A stretch of 64,000 bases of DNA from Alphaproteobacteria bacterium (GTDB taxonomy: Bacteria; Pseudomonadota; Alphaproteobacteria; JBFXJJ01). The notes under the pieces are model-generated. The model made no database searches. It was given only the letters and a program-made list of their open reading frames with translations, and had not been told where the DNA came from. The stretch spans positions 1-64,000 of the forward strand of contig JBFXJJ010000009.1 of the NCBI GenBank assembly GCA_050175015.1, read 5' to 3'. Both the position numbers and the translations under genes were made by a program. How positions within the stretch are numbered: the stretch's first letter is position 1; every line of letters begins with the position of its first letter. Of the stretch, positions 39,318 through 51,745 are shown in pieces.

Positions 39318-39517
39318 AAGTTTTCCACCTTAGACATATACTAAAATATTTATAATCCTTTTTAAAATACACAAAAAAGAAAAAATATCAAAGCAGTTGT
39401 TTAAAAATAGGGAAATCTTTTTATGTTTTTTTTACCTTTATGCTTGCTTTGATTGTGGATTCAAACATAAACTAAAAACCATCTTATTTTTTTAAATTTT
39501 TTGGGAGTAGTTAAGAT

Positions 39518-40822
39518 ATGCGTATTGCTATGATAGGCACAGGCTATGTTGGTTTGGTCTCTGGTGCCTGTTTTTCAGAATTTGGAATAGATGTTATCTG
39601 CGTAGATAAAGATCAAGAAAAAATTACAAAATTAAAAAACGGAATTATTCCTATTTATGAACCTGGTTTGGATAAGCTTGTTGAAAGCAATAAAGAGGCA
39701 GGACGTCTTAATTTTTCAACCGATATTAAAAGCGCAGTCAAAGGGGCTGACGCTGTTTTTATTGCTGTGGGAACACCGACTCGCAGAGGTGATGGTCACG
39801 CTGACTTGTCATATGTTTATCAAGCTGCAAAAGAAGTGGCTGAAGCGATTGAAGGTTATACTGTAATTGTTAATAAATCGACCGTTCCTGTCGGCACAGG
39901 TTCCGAGGTTGAAAAAATTATTAAAGAAACTAACCCTAAAGCTGATTTCGATGTTGTTTCTAATCCTGAGTTTTTAAGAGAAGGCTCGGCAATTAATGAC
40001 TTTATGCGTCCAGATCGTGTTGTAATTGGCACATTATCTGAACGTGCTCGGGAAGTTATGCGCAAGCTTTACAGAGTGTTATATTTAATTGAAACACCGA
40101 TCGTTTTTACTTCCAGAGAATCTTCGGAGCTGATTAAATACGCATCTAATGCCTTTTTAGCCGTTAAAATTACCTTTATTAACGAAATGGCTGATATTTG
40201 TGAAAAAGTTGGGGCAAATATTCACGATGTTGCTAAAGGAATGGGGCTTGATAACCGTATTGGCAAAAAGTTTCTGCACGCAGGTCCGGGGTATGGCGGT
40301 TCTTGCTTTCCTAAAGATACTTTGGCTTTAGTTAAAACTGCTCAAGAAGCCAAAGCACCAACAAAATTGGTTGAAGCAACCGTTGAAGTTAATAACACTC
40401 GTAAAAAAGAAATGGCTAATAAAATTGCTAATGCCTGTGATGGTTCAGTTGAAGGCAAAACGGTAGCTATCCTTGGTTTAACATTTAAACCTAATACTGA
40501 TGATATGAGAGATTCTCCTAGTTTAGATATTGTTCCTGCGTTGATTGCCAAGGGTGCGAATGTTAGGGTTTTTGATCCTCAAGGTATGGAAGAAGCTAAA
40601 AAGCAAATTTCTGATGTTATATGGTGTGAAGATGCGTACGATGCTATGAAAAATGCAGACGTTATGGCGATTGTAACCGAATGGAATGAATTTAGAACGT
40701 TGAATATTGAAAAAACAAAGGCTGCAATGAAGGGAAGAGTAATTGTTGATTTACGAAATGTCTTTGATCCTGAAGATATTCGTAACGAAGGCTTTACCTA
40801 CTATAGCATTGGCAGAAAATAA
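39518..40822 (+). CDS. ugd: UDP-glucose 6-dehydrogenase
   Basis: GTGYVGL, SNPEFLREG, GYGGSCFPKD, FKPNTDDMR. Confidence 0.95.
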   Translation: MRIAMIGTGYVGLVSGACFSEFGIDVICVDKDQEKITKLKNGIIPIYEPGLDKLVESNKEAGRLNFSTDIKSAVKGADAVFIAVGTPTRRGDGHADLSYVYQAAKEVAEAIEGYTVIVNKSTVPVGTGSEVEKIIKETNPKADFDVVSNPEFLREGSAINDFMRPDRVVIGTLSERAREVMRKLYRVLYLIETPIVFTSRESSELIKYASNAFLAVKITFINEMADICEKVGANIHDVAKGMGLDNRIGKKFLHAGPGYGGSCFPKDTLALVKTAQEAKAPTKLVEATVEVNNTRKKEMANKIANACDGSVEGKTVAILGLTFKPNTDDMRDSPSLDIVPALIAKGANVRVFDPQGMEEAKKQISDVIWCEDAYDAMKNADVMAIVTEWNEFRTLNIEKTKAAMKGRVIVDLRNVFDPEDIRNEGFTYYSIGRK

Positions 40823-40832
40823 TAAAATTTAA

Positions 40833-42479
<1,647 letters not shown>

Positions 42480-42571
42480 TAAATTTTTTACTTAAATTTA
42501 ACGGCTTATCATTCATAATCGTTTCTTAAAATGAATTTTCTTTAGGCTCTTTTTAAGGAAGAGGAATAGCT

Positions 42572-44848
42572 TTGCGTTTGATTGTATCATTATTGTTATT
42601 TCTGATTACAGGTTGTGTTAATCTTGAACAGCCTTCACAGGGTGTAAAGTACACTGAAGAAGATTATCAAGATTTAGCAAAATACGGCGATCCTTTTTCC
42701 AGATGGCAGGTTAGCGAGCAAGATTTAATAGGAAACGCTTCAAGCTTAGAAGATTGCAGAGCTGTCTGGAGTGAGCTTAAAGCGGGTAAAAACAAAGCTA
42801 AAAAAGAAGCATATTTCAAGATTTTAAAGCTAGCAGAAAAGGGTCTGCCCGAGGCGCAGGAGCTCGTGCTTGGGGTTTATGAAAAAGGCGAGAATATTTC
42901 TACCAAAAGGGGTGATTATGTTTGGCTTAAAAAGGCTTCTAATCAAGATTCTGATCTAGCGACATATGAGCTTATTAGGTGGGATAATAAAACTGCTGTT
43001 GCGGGACAAGAATTTATTGATAAGTTTATGCCTTATAACAAAATTGGTTTTGCAAGATGGTTTGGTAAAACTTCGAAAGATATTGATGAAATAAAGCTGG
43101 CTTTTGCACTTGGTCGTATGTATGACGAGGGAATTGTGGTCAAGAAAGATTATGCTAAAGCGGCGCTATGGTACAATTTTGGTTTTGATTATGTTTTAAA
43201 ACGAGTAGCTTTTTTAGGAAAAAGCAAAGTTAATTTCGAAGAAGAGCTTTTCTGGGCTTATTCTCTTTATGATGCAACCGATGCTGGCAGTCGGCATTTG
43301 GCACGGTGGATTTTAGAAAATAATAAGGACGGCGGCAAATTCGAATATGATTTAGCTAAAGCTTTTTATTTTGGAAAAAACGAAATTCCGCAAGATCGTG
43401 AAGCTGCCTATAAATGGTATTTCAAAGCAGCTTATAAAGGCTATCCCGATGCAATGTATCTTATCGGTGCGGCTTATGATTTGGGTGGTCAGGTCGAAAA
43501 AGATAGTGAAGAAGCCGCCAAATGGTATCAAAAAGCCGCTGATGCAGGACAGGAATATGCGATGGTTGCACTGGCTAATATTCTTGCTAAAAGTGATAGG
43601 AATCAGGCTCAAATTCTGCTTCAAAAGGCGGTAGATAAAGTTTTAAAATCTAACTCTAGTGAGATTAAAGAAGAAGCCGTCGGCGATCTTTTTACCGCAG
43701 TTGTTTCTAAGGGCGAAAATATTTCTAACGCTGTTAACTGGTATCAAAAAGCTGTGGCGGAAGGCAGTGATTCGGCAGGATATAAACTGGGGCAGATTTA
43801 TGAAAGTGGCAAAGGTGCCGATGTTAACTATCAAGAAGCTGCAAAATGGTATCAAATTTCCGCAGACAGAGATTTTGGAGCGGCTCAAGTTGCATTAGCT
43901 AAGATTTATCTAAAAGGTTTAGGAAACGTTAGAAAAGATATTAATTATGCGGTTAAGCTGCTTATGGCAGCGGCAGAAAAGGGAAGTGTAGAAGCTCTTG
44001 TTTATTTAGGAAGGATTTATTTAAACGGCGAAAATGTTGTACCTAATTATGACTGGGCAGAAAAATGGTTATTAGAAGCTGCCAGAAGGGATAAAATTGA
44101 AGCCGAGGTTTTATTGGGCATTAACTATTTTACAGGAGAAAAGCTGAATAAAGATTTGGATAAAGCATATTATTGGCTAGAAATTACTTCTGACAGGGCT
44201 AAGAAAGAAGCTTTAGACATTCTTAATGAAGCATATAATCTGAGAACGGATAAAACCAAGGAAGCTCAAAACAGTTTGTTTTTAGCGTTAGATTTAGCGG
44301 TTAATAAAAACAATCCTCAAGCTCAGATGCTTTTAGCAAAATTTTTTGATTATGGTATAACCGATGATTTTGATAGCCAAGAAATAGCGAAATACTGGTA
44401 TGAGAAAGCAGGTTTAGGCGGCATATCAGAGGCGCTTTTTACGGTTGGCAAAAAATACTTCAAAGGAACTTACGGCTCAGTAGACTATGATAAAGCAGCA
44501 AGATATATTGCCGAAGCGGCAAAACAAGGAAACCTCGATGCTGAAGTTTATCTAGGCTGGATTTTGTTAAAAGGGTATGGTTTTACACAAAACACAACAA
44601 GAGCCTATGCCTTGTTTGCTAAAGCCGCAGAAAAGAAAAATTCTGCTGCGGAATACTATTTGGGGCTTATTTATGAAAAAGGTCTATTAGGTCAGATAGA
44701 TATTGAAGAAGCGGTTAAACATTATTTAGAATCATCAAAAGGTGATAATATCTTTGCCCGCAAGAGTTTTTGTGAACTTTATGATAAATCCTTTGTGGAA
44801 TCGGCAGATAGATTTGCTGCAATTTGGTGTAAAGGAAAAGAGGAATGA
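42572..44848 (+). CDS. Sel1-like repeat lipoprotein
   Basis: Lipobox ITGC; many A..LG..Y..G.GV..D..EA.KWY.KAA repeats. Confidence 0.88.
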   Translation: MRLIVSLLLFLITGCVNLEQPSQGVKYTEEDYQDLAKYGDPFSRWQVSEQDLIGNASSLEDCRAVWSELKAGKNKAKKEAYFKILKLAEKGLPEAQELVLGVYEKGENISTKRGDYVWLKKASNQDSDLATYELIRWDNKTAVAGQEFIDKFMPYNKIGFARWFGKTSKDIDEIKLAFALGRMYDEGIVVKKDYAKAALWYNFGFDYVLKRVAFLGKSKVNFEEELFWAYSLYDATDAGSRHLARWILENNKDGGKFEYDLAKAFYFGKNEIPQDREAAYKWYFKAAYKGYPDAMYLIGAAYDLGGQVEKDSEEAAKWYQKAADAGQEYAMVALANILAKSDRNQAQILLQKAVDKVLKSNSSEIKEEAVGDLFTAVVSKGENISNAVNWYQKAVAEGSDSAGYKLGQIYESGKGADVNYQEAAKWYQISADRDFGAAQVALAKIYLKGLGNVRKDINYAVKLLMAAAEKGSVEALVYLGRIYLNGENVVPNYDWAEKWLLEAARRDKIEAEVLLGINYFTGEKLNKDLDKAYYWLEITSDRAKKEALDILNEAYNLRTDKTKEAQNSLFLALDLAVNKNNPQAQMLLAKFFDYGITDDFDSQEIAKYWYEKAGLGGISEALFTVGKKYFKGTYGSVDYDKAARYIAEAAKQGNLDAEVYLGWILLKGYGFTQNTTRAYALFAKAAEKKNSAAEYYLGLIYEKGLLGQIDIEEAVKHYLESSKGDNIFARKSFCELYDKSFVESADRFAAIWCKGKEE

Positions 44849-45954
44849 AATCGTTAGTAGTTTATATATTTATATTGGTAATGTTTAGTTCTTCTTTAGC
44901 AAAGGCTCAAGTTAACATCAGAAGGAATATTCCTGAAGCCGATTTTTTGGAAGAGCATATTGATGTCCCTATAATGCTGATACCAAATTATCGTGATGTT
45001 ATGAGAGATATGGTTTCTGATTTGTCGGTTTATTTAAAGGGCAGAAATCCAGAATTTGATGTTTTGGCACGGGAAGGTTTATATCTTCTGTTTAGAGGTG
45101 AGTGGGAACAAAATTTATATGAACTTAGGCAAGCCCAGCAAGAGGGGTTGGTTTATGATGATGAAAAGTTTATAGCTAGTCTTTTTCGCAATGAGGAAGA
45201 TGCTCCACCCAAAATAGGGACGCCGATTAGAAGATATTTGCAAAGCATTGATGCCGAAGTGATAGAGGGCATTTTTTGTGATAATAATCCACCAGATAAA
45301 GAGACATCTAAAATTATAAAAGATGCAGGGCTTATTACTTTTGGGATAGAACATTGCCGCAGTAAAAATGATGAAGCAAGTGCGGTTAAAGATGCCGCAG
45401 TAAAAGAGATTGCTTTGCATATAGACAATGATTTAAAGGCTAAATTTGATAATGTTCCTGAAAAAGCAATGGCATTTGAGAACCCAGAGAATATCAAGTC
45501 TTTAAAAGATGTTAGAAATTTTTTAATGGTTGAAGATACAAAAAAGTTTGGCAATCGGGGAGAGTTTATTCTTGCGCTTTCTAATACTAATTACGATATG
45601 TTGGTTATAGACCCATTTTTTAAGGGTTCTGAAGCGTTATTGAAAGAAGATATTACCGCTTTAAAGTTTAAAAAGCTCGGGGCAAGGCGTAAAGTTATAG
45701 CAAGAGTGAATCTTACAGAAGCAGAAGACTTTAGATATTATTGGAAAAGAGGCTGGAGACTTGGAATCCCTTCTTGGTTGAGAATGATTTCTAAAGAAAA
45801 TCCTTATGCGATTGTAGTTGAATACTGGAATCCAGAGTGGAAAGAAATTATCGGTAATTATGTTCGTGCGATTTTCGATTTGGGCTTTGACGGCATAATG
45901 TTTGAAGGACTTGACGCTCATTTGCGCTTTGAACGATTAACCCCAATTGATTAA
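44845..45954 (+). CDS. GH114-like (endo-alpha-1,4-polygalactosaminidase-related) secreted protein
   Basis: YDMLVIDPF, EAEDFRYYW, VEYWNPEWKEII, LGFDGIMFEG. Confidence 0.65.
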   Translation: MKSLVVYIFILVMFSSSLAKAQVNIRRNIPEADFLEEHIDVPIMLIPNYRDVMRDMVSDLSVYLKGRNPEFDVLAREGLYLLFRGEWEQNLYELRQAQQEGLVYDDEKFIASLFRNEEDAPPKIGTPIRRYLQSIDAEVIEGIFCDNNPPDKETSKIIKDAGLITFGIEHCRSKNDEASAVKDAAVKEIALHIDNDLKAKFDNVPEKAMAFENPENIKSLKDVRNFLMVEDTKKFGNRGEFILALSNTNYDMLVIDPFFKGSEALLKEDITALKFKKLGARRKVIARVNLTEAEDFRYYWKRGWRLGIPSWLRMISKENPYAIVVEYWNPEWKEIIGNYVRAIFDLGFDGIMFEGLDAHLRFERLTPID

Positions 45955-45976
45955 TATTTTTTAGGAAATAAAATAA

Positions 45977-46969
45977 ATGTCAGAGAAAGATACTTGTTCT
46001 TGTCATCATTGCCATTCAGATGAACATCATCACCACACAGAACACGAACATCATCACGAAGGTCATAGCTGCGACCACGGAATTACAGGGCATTGCCACG
46101 TATCGGACTTCTCCAATAAGAAGCGCATAATTTTTGTTATGATAATATCATTTCTTTATATGCTTTTAGAGATAGTTTTTGGCTTTTTATCTGGTTCACT
46201 GTCTCTTTTAGCGGATGCAGGACATGCCTTTATTGATTCGGCATCTTTGTTGCTGGCATTCTTAGGGTTTCATTTGGCGGGTAAGGAAATAGATGAAAAA
46301 AGAAGCTATGGCTATCATAGATTTGAAATTCTAGCCGCCTTTGTTAATGGGCTTTTTTTGGCAGCTATTATCACTTGGATTTTTATCGAAGCGGTACAAA
46401 GGATATTAAATCCTGTCGATGTTAATGGCGAAATTGTGTTTGTCGTTGCTTTAGGCGGTTTTATTTTTAATGGAGCATCATTTTTTGTTCTTTTCAAAGG
46501 TGATAAGAAAAATCTTAATATGCAAGGCGCTCTTTTGCACGTTGCAGGCGATGCCCTTGCCTCACTGACGGCGATGATTGCGGGAGCGGTCATTGCATAT
46601 ACGGGCTATACAATTATCGATCCCATTTTATCGTTATTATTAGTCGTTATTCTTGGCAAGGGAGCTTATGAAGTTATCAGAAAAAGCGGACATATTTTAC
46701 TTGAAGGAACGCCTGCGGGTTTTAATCAGGAAGAAGTTAAAAAAACGCTTGAAGAAATTGATGGTATTGAAAACATTCACCATATTCACGCTTGGTCGCT
46801 GACTTTAGAAAAACCACTTCTAACGCTTCATATAAAGATAAAAGACAATCATAAAAACGATGACATTTTAAACAAGACCAAAGAAATTTTAAAAGAAAAA
46901 TGGAATATTGTTCATACTGTAATTCAAATTGAAAAAGATGATTGTCCTGATTCTGAAGGGACATTTTAA
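45977..46969 (+). CDS. Cation diffusion facilitator (ZitB/CzcD-like) with His/Cys-rich N-terminus
   Basis: SLSLLADAGH, SYGYHRFEILAAFVNG, LNMQGALLHVAGD, HHIHAWSL, HTVIQIE. Confidence 0.92.
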   Translation: MSEKDTCSCHHCHSDEHHHHTEHEHHHEGHSCDHGITGHCHVSDFSNKKRIIFVMIISFLYMLLEIVFGFLSGSLSLLADAGHAFIDSASLLLAFLGFHLAGKEIDEKRSYGYHRFEILAAFVNGLFLAAIITWIFIEAVQRILNPVDVNGEIVFVVALGGFIFNGASFFVLFKGDKKNLNMQGALLHVAGDALASLTAMIAGAVIAYTGYTIIDPILSLLLVVILGKGAYEVIRKSGHILLEGTPAGFNQEEVKKTLEEIDGIENIHHIHAWSLTLEKPLLTLHIKIKDNHKNDDILNKTKEILKEKWNIVHTVIQIEKDDCPDSEGTF

Positions 46970-46986
46970 ACGTTGTTTTAGAGTTT

Positions 46987-47385
46987 TTATTGCTCTATTT
47001 TATCTTCCCAGAAAGTTCTCATAACGCAATCATCTGATAAATCATTTTGCAGGCAGCTGTTTAAGGCATTTTGTTTAGCGGTTTCAGCGTCACCAACACC
47101 GCAAGTAGCGCCGATAGATGTAATTAAACCATCAACTCTTTCCGTAAAGCTAGCGCCAAAGCCGGCTTTCTCACATTTTAAAAGAAGTACACAATTGTTA
47201 TCTGTTTTAGAGCAATTCTCTAAAACGTTCTGAACCGCATCTGTAATATTTTTAAGATTAGACGATGAATAAACGGATTTTGTTCCATAAGCTACCGCAG
47301 AGGCAGCAAAAGAATGATTTATAGTGGTTATATTAAATAATAAAGCAAAAACTGTTATCTTAAATTTGATAGAGTTGTTAATCAT
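46987..47385 (-). CDS. Secreted Cys-rich protein (DUF4189-like)
   Basis: Signal peptide; AVAYG...DA...VLENC...NC; A...ALNSC...C. Confidence 0.55.
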   Translation of the reverse strand: MINNSIKFKITVFALLFNITTINHSFAASAVAYGTKSVYSSSNLKNITDAVQNVLENCSKTDNNCVLLLKCEKAGFGASFTERVDGLITSIGATCGVGDAETAKQNALNSCLQNDLSDDCVMRTFWEDKIEQ

Positions 47386-47573
47386 AAAAAATATTCCTAA
47401 AGTCTAAAATAAATATAACCTATTTTATTAATATGTAATGAAAAAAAAATCAAATACGAATATAAAGCTTGCAATATTTATAGTTTTAATTTACATAAAA
47501 AAGATGCAAGCTTTTGCTTTTTAGAAAGTTTTGGGTGTTTAAGATATTTTAAAATGGGAATGAGGGATATTTT

Positions 47574-47963
47574 ATGAAAAAGATTTTAATAGGTGCAGCT
47601 GTTGCTGCTTTATTTTCGGCGTCATTAGCTGTAAGTGCTAATGCTCAGTCCGCAGGTGCTGGTTATTATGGTGCTGGAGCTGTCCAAACTGGTGGTGCTA
47701 GTGGTGCTATTGGTGGTGCTGGTTATGGTGGTGCTGGTTATGGTGGTGCTTATGGGGCTGGTAGTAGTGCTGGAATGGCTGCTGGTGCAGGCGCTGGCGC
47801 TGCTGGTGCTGCTGGTGCCGCAGGTGTTGCTGCTGGTGCATTAGGTACTGGTCTTGTCGCTGGTGGTGTTGTTGCTGCTGCTGTTGGCGCAGCTGTTGCT
47901 GTTTCAGGCAACGATAGCAAGACAACAACAACTTCTGCTACAAGTGCTACGGCAGACCAATAA
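47574..47963 (+). CDS. Gly/Ala-rich secreted protein, YjbE/GfcA-like
   Basis: Signal peptide, GAG/GYG repeats, VAAAVGAAVAVSG..TTTTSATS; next to yjbF and yjbH. Confidence 0.7.
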   Translation: MKKILIGAAVAALFSASLAVSANAQSAGAGYYGAGAVQTGGASGAIGGAGYGGAGYGGAYGAGSSAGMAAGAGAGAAGAAGAAGVAAGALGTGLVAGGVVAAAVGAAVAVSGNDSKTTTTSATSATADQ

Positions 47964-47983
47964 AATAGTTTTTTAAACTTAAT

Positions 47984-48018
47984 AAAAAAGACTGCCTTTC
48001 TGAGGTGGTCTTTTTTTT
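47984..48018. terminator. Bidirectional terminator
   Basis: AAAAAAGACTGCCT..AGGTGGTCTTTTTTTT. Confidence 0.7.
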
Positions 48019-48102
48019 ATGCTTTTTAAAACTAAACAGATATTATGCTCTAAAATAATTTATCTGATTGCAATCTGTGGATAAGTTGAGACGTTTTAGT
48101 GC

Positions 48103-48777
48103 TTATGGGGCTTCATAAGGCGTTAATACCTGAATTTTTATCGACGGCGTGTTAGGCAGGAAATGTTGAACGCTCTGCCATATGAAACCTGTTTTTAAGT
48201 CTTTCCAAAAAAGATTTTCGAAATGCCAATCAAGTTGTTTAGCATAAGATTTTTCTTTAATTACATAAGTTTCGTGCAAAGTATCTACTATTTTTATTTT
48301 GCCAACGCCCATAAATTCATAATCCGAATCGATTTTGATGCCATAATTATTATCCTCAGCAAAATCAACAATTCTTTGTGATGTTTGGGGTATAGGTTGT
48401 CCGTAAAGATGGCTTGCAATAGGATCATTATGAGCCCAAGCCGTATTAGATAAATTATGCTCAAAACCAATCGTCTTTACTAATCTTCCTTGGGAAGTAA
48501 TTAAAATGGCATTATCAGCAGAATACCATATTAAATCCTGATTAGAAGCTTGACCTAAAACTAAGACCGAATTTTGTCCTTTGCCGATTTTTGCCGCGAT
48601 GCAGGCGTATGGAATATTATCCACAACCTGCTTTGTTATTTCAAAATTATCGGGACCATAAAGAGAATATTTAGCTGTTTTGATAACATTGCTAAATGTG
48701 CTGTTTTGACACGAAGTAATGAAGAAAAACGTAAATAAAATCAAAACAATAGTTAATCTATTTTTGGATAAAGTCAT
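48103..48777 (-). CDS. YjbF/GfcB family lipoprotein
   Basis: Lipobox ITSC; IPYA, VLVLG, W.SAD..LIT..GRLVKT.G, ENLFW.D..TG. Confidence 0.82.
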   Translation of the reverse strand: MTLSKNRLTIVLILFTFFFITSCQNSTFSNVIKTAKYSLYGPDNFEITKQVVDNIPYACIAAKIGKGQNSVLVLGQASNQDLIWYSADNAILITSQGRLVKTIGFEHNLSNTAWAHNDPIASHLYGQPIPQTSQRIVDFAEDNNYGIKIDSDYEFMGVGKIKIVDTLHETYVIKEKSYAKQLDWHFENLFWKDLKTGFIWQSVQHFLPNTPSIKIQVLTPYEAP

Positions 48778-48893
48778 AAATTTTTTAAGCCTTGTTGAAA
48801 ACGGGTATTATTTCGAAATATAATTATCGTAAACTACAAGCTTGTGGTATATCAACATTAGAGTTTTGTTTTATAAAAAAAGGTTCGTTGTTT

Positions 48894-51731
48894 ATGAAAT
48901 TTCATAGTCGTTTTTTTCAATCATTGTTAATTTGCAGTCTTCTTTTGTGTTCCCTAAGCGCTGAGGCACAGAATTTGGGCAGTTTTAATGATAATTTGCT
49001 AAATTCTTTGGGTGAGCAGTTACAGACTAATGCCAAAAATGCCAATAACGCATCAAGCCAGCTAGACAATGCAAGAAACAGGCAAACGACAAATAACGTT
49101 AACAATGACAGAATCATAAACAACCAAAACCAAATACCCGCGCCAACTAGAATAGAAAAGGATTATTTAAAGCGCCTAAAAGCAGTTTACTTTGATAATT
49201 TTGAAAAGAATACCAATAAAGCAAACAGTTCAGCACAGGAAGAAAATCTAAATAACAAAGATGCTAATAATCCAGAGTCTTATTCTGAAGAAACTCTTAA
49301 ACAGTTTGGATATGACTTATTTGATGGTTCTCAAGATGGGGAACAAAATTTTGGAGCATTATTTAATTCTGTTAGAGATAGTTATGTTTTGGGAATCGGT
49401 GACGAGCTTATTCTTACCTATCGTGGGCAAAAAAGTGAGACCGAAACGGTTAAAGTAAATACTGAAGGGCAGATATTTTTAGAAGATTTTTCTCCGTTTG
49501 TGGCTTTGGGCCGTAAATTTGCGGATGTTAAAAATCAGATAAAAGATTTAGTTGCTAACAATATGGTAAAAACCGATGTTTTTGTATCTTTGGGTTCAGT
49601 CAAAGATTTATCTGTTGTGGTTAGTGGCGAAGTTGAAAAAGCTGGCGTTTATACTCTATCTGGTGTTGCCAATCTTTTTGATGCTCTTCTTAAAAGCGGC
49701 GGTATAAAGAAAACAGGTTCACTTAGAAACATTAATATCATTAGAAAGGGAAGAACAATCAATCTTGACCTTTATAACCTTTTGCTTGGTAAAGGTGACG
49801 TTAAAGATGTTGCTTTGGCTGACGGTGACCGTATCGTTGTTCCAACAATAGGAAAAACCGTTGCTGTTTTAGGTGATGTTAATCGTCCTGCTATTTATGA
49901 GTTAAAGCAAGATGAAATTAAGCAAGACGACGCTTTAGATTATGCAGGAGGAACTTTACGAGGAACCAGCTCAGGCTATAGGTATGTTACGATTTCAGGC
50001 AAAGAGAATGGTTTAGACGTTGTTAAAGAGCAAAAATCGGCTAGCTATACAATGAAAGCCAGCGATATCTTAATTGTGATGAGAACGAGGGACAAACAGA
50101 CGGAAGCTGTATTTTTGGAGGGACACGTTAATGTCCCAGGCGTAAGATCTTTATCTGCTTCATCTAATATCTCATCAATTATCAATGATGTTGAAATTTT
50201 TAAAGATAATCCTTATTTGCTTTTTGGTTTGGTTCAAAGACGAGATCCCGCTACTTTATCAAGATTTTTTATCCCTGTTAATTTTTTGCAGGTATTAAAT
50301 GGCAGTGAAGATTTCTCTCTTGAAGACGGCGACAGAATCATTGTTTTTGGTAGAGATGATATTAAATGGCTGACATCAAAAGATGTGCAAGATGTGTTGA
50401 ATAAAGAAACGTTGGAATCCAAAAATCCTTGCCTAAATAGGCTTATTTCTGCGGTCTCCTCTGGTTGGACAGATCGTTTTACAGCGGCTACACAGATAAA
50501 CAGCAAAAATGCAATTAAGAAAGAAGATAAAGAAAATCTTCGTAATACCTCTCGTAATAATAGCGACAATTATGATGATGATAATTATAATAACAATCAG
50601 AACAATCGTAATAATTTGAATTCTCAGAGAACAGATAATTCAGATTTTGCTAATAAAACTGATGAAGAGGTCTACTTTTGCCCGGCAATATTTGAAAAAT
50701 ATTTAGATGTTTTACCTTTTATATTAACTAATGTTGTTAATGTTAATGGTGAGGTTAATTTGGTTGGAATTTACCCTGTTGTTGGAAAAGCTCCAGTTTC
50801 TTCATTGGTTACAGTCTGCGGAGGTTTAAGTCCTAATGCTGATTTGTCAGCAATTGAGATTACGAGATTTTCTAATAGGGAAGCTTCAGAGAGAGATGTT
50901 ATCAATGCTAACAAGCAGCCTTTAACCGAAGTTTTTGTTTCAGCTAACGATTATATAAGGTTTAATCAGACCTTTACAGATAGAGAGTCTGGCCACATTA
51001 ATTTGGTAGGTGAGTTTAAAAGACCTGGATTTTATTCCATTAAGAAAGGGGAGAAACTTTCTGATGTTATAAACAGGGCTGGAGGACTTACTGATGAGGC
51101 CTATCCTATTGGCTCAGTCTTTACTAGAGAGTCTGTAAGGCAAGCAGAATATCAGATGATACAAATAGCTGTAAATAATATGCAGTCTGGCTTTATGCAT
51201 TCGATGGCAAGTATGGAATTAAAAAACATTTCTCCTAACGCTGTGGTATCAATGATGTCAGAGTTAAAAAATTTAATGTCTGATACCGAACCATTAGGGA
51301 GAATTGTTGTTGAAGCCGATCCTTTAAAACTGCAATTAAGTCCAGAGTTAGATATGATTTTAGAGGCTGGGGATAATGTTTATATGCCTAAGCGTCCTAA
51401 CCATGTTTTAGTTAGTGGCGAAGTGCTTCATAGTGGGGCATTGCAGTTTATTTCAGGAAGATCTCCTCGTGAGTATATAAAACTTGCAGGAGGAACAACC
51501 CAAAGCGCTGATAAGTCAAGGACGTTTATGGTTTTACCTAATGGTACAGCTAAACCAGTTAGCCTTTCCTCTTGGAACTTAGGTAAAGTCAATGTTCCAC
51601 CAGGAAGTACAATATTGGTTCCAAGGGATACGGCTCCTGCAAACTTTATGATATTTACAAAAGATATTCTTGATATTGTAAGTAAAGCAGCTGTTACCGC
51701 CGCATCAATTAAAGTTCTTAACGATGATTAA
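48894..51731 (+). CDS. Multi-SLBB polysaccharide export protein (WbfF/OtnA/KpsD-like)
   Basis: FGYDLF, YVLGIGDEL, GEV.K.G.Y, GGIKKTGSLRNI, repeated SLBB units, VPPGSTILVPR; start at ATG 48894. Confidence 0.88.
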   Translation: MKFHSRFFQSLLICSLLLCSLSAEAQNLGSFNDNLLNSLGEQLQTNAKNANNASSQLDNARNRQTTNNVNNDRIINNQNQIPAPTRIEKDYLKRLKAVYFDNFEKNTNKANSSAQEENLNNKDANNPESYSEETLKQFGYDLFDGSQDGEQNFGALFNSVRDSYVLGIGDELILTYRGQKSETETVKVNTEGQIFLEDFSPFVALGRKFADVKNQIKDLVANNMVKTDVFVSLGSVKDLSVVVSGEVEKAGVYTLSGVANLFDALLKSGGIKKTGSLRNINIIRKGRTINLDLYNLLLGKGDVKDVALADGDRIVVPTIGKTVAVLGDVNRPAIYELKQDEIKQDDALDYAGGTLRGTSSGYRYVTISGKENGLDVVKEQKSASYTMKASDILIVMRTRDKQTEAVFLEGHVNVPGVRSLSASSNISSIINDVEIFKDNPYLLFGLVQRRDPATLSRFFIPVNFLQVLNGSEDFSLEDGDRIIVFGRDDIKWLTSKDVQDVLNKETLESKNPCLNRLISAVSSGWTDRFTAATQINSKNAIKKEDKENLRNTSRNNSDNYDDDNYNNNQNNRNNLNSQRTDNSDFANKTDEEVYFCPAIFEKYLDVLPFILTNVVNVNGEVNLVGIYPVVGKAPVSSLVTVCGGLSPNADLSAIEITRFSNREASERDVINANKQPLTEVFVSANDYIRFNQTFTDRESGHINLVGEFKRPGFYSIKKGEKLSDVINRAGGLTDEAYPIGSVFTRESVRQAEYQMIQIAVNNMQSGFMHSMASMELKNISPNAVVSMMSELKNLMSDTEPLGRIVVEADPLKLQLSPELDMILEAGDNVYMPKRPNHVLVSGEVLHSGALQFISGRSPREYIKLAGGTTQSADKSRTFMVLPNGTAKPVSLSSWNLGKVNVPPGSTILVPRDTAPANFMIFTKDILDIVSKAAVTAASIKVLNDD

Positions 51732-51745
51732 AAAGGACTTAGTAG

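Noticed and set aside
47640-47900. GGTGCT/GCTGGT repeats as a CRISPR array or VNTR
   Set aside because: They are codon repeats of a Gly/Ala-rich YjbE-like protein; no repeat-spacer structure and no cas genes anywhere in the window
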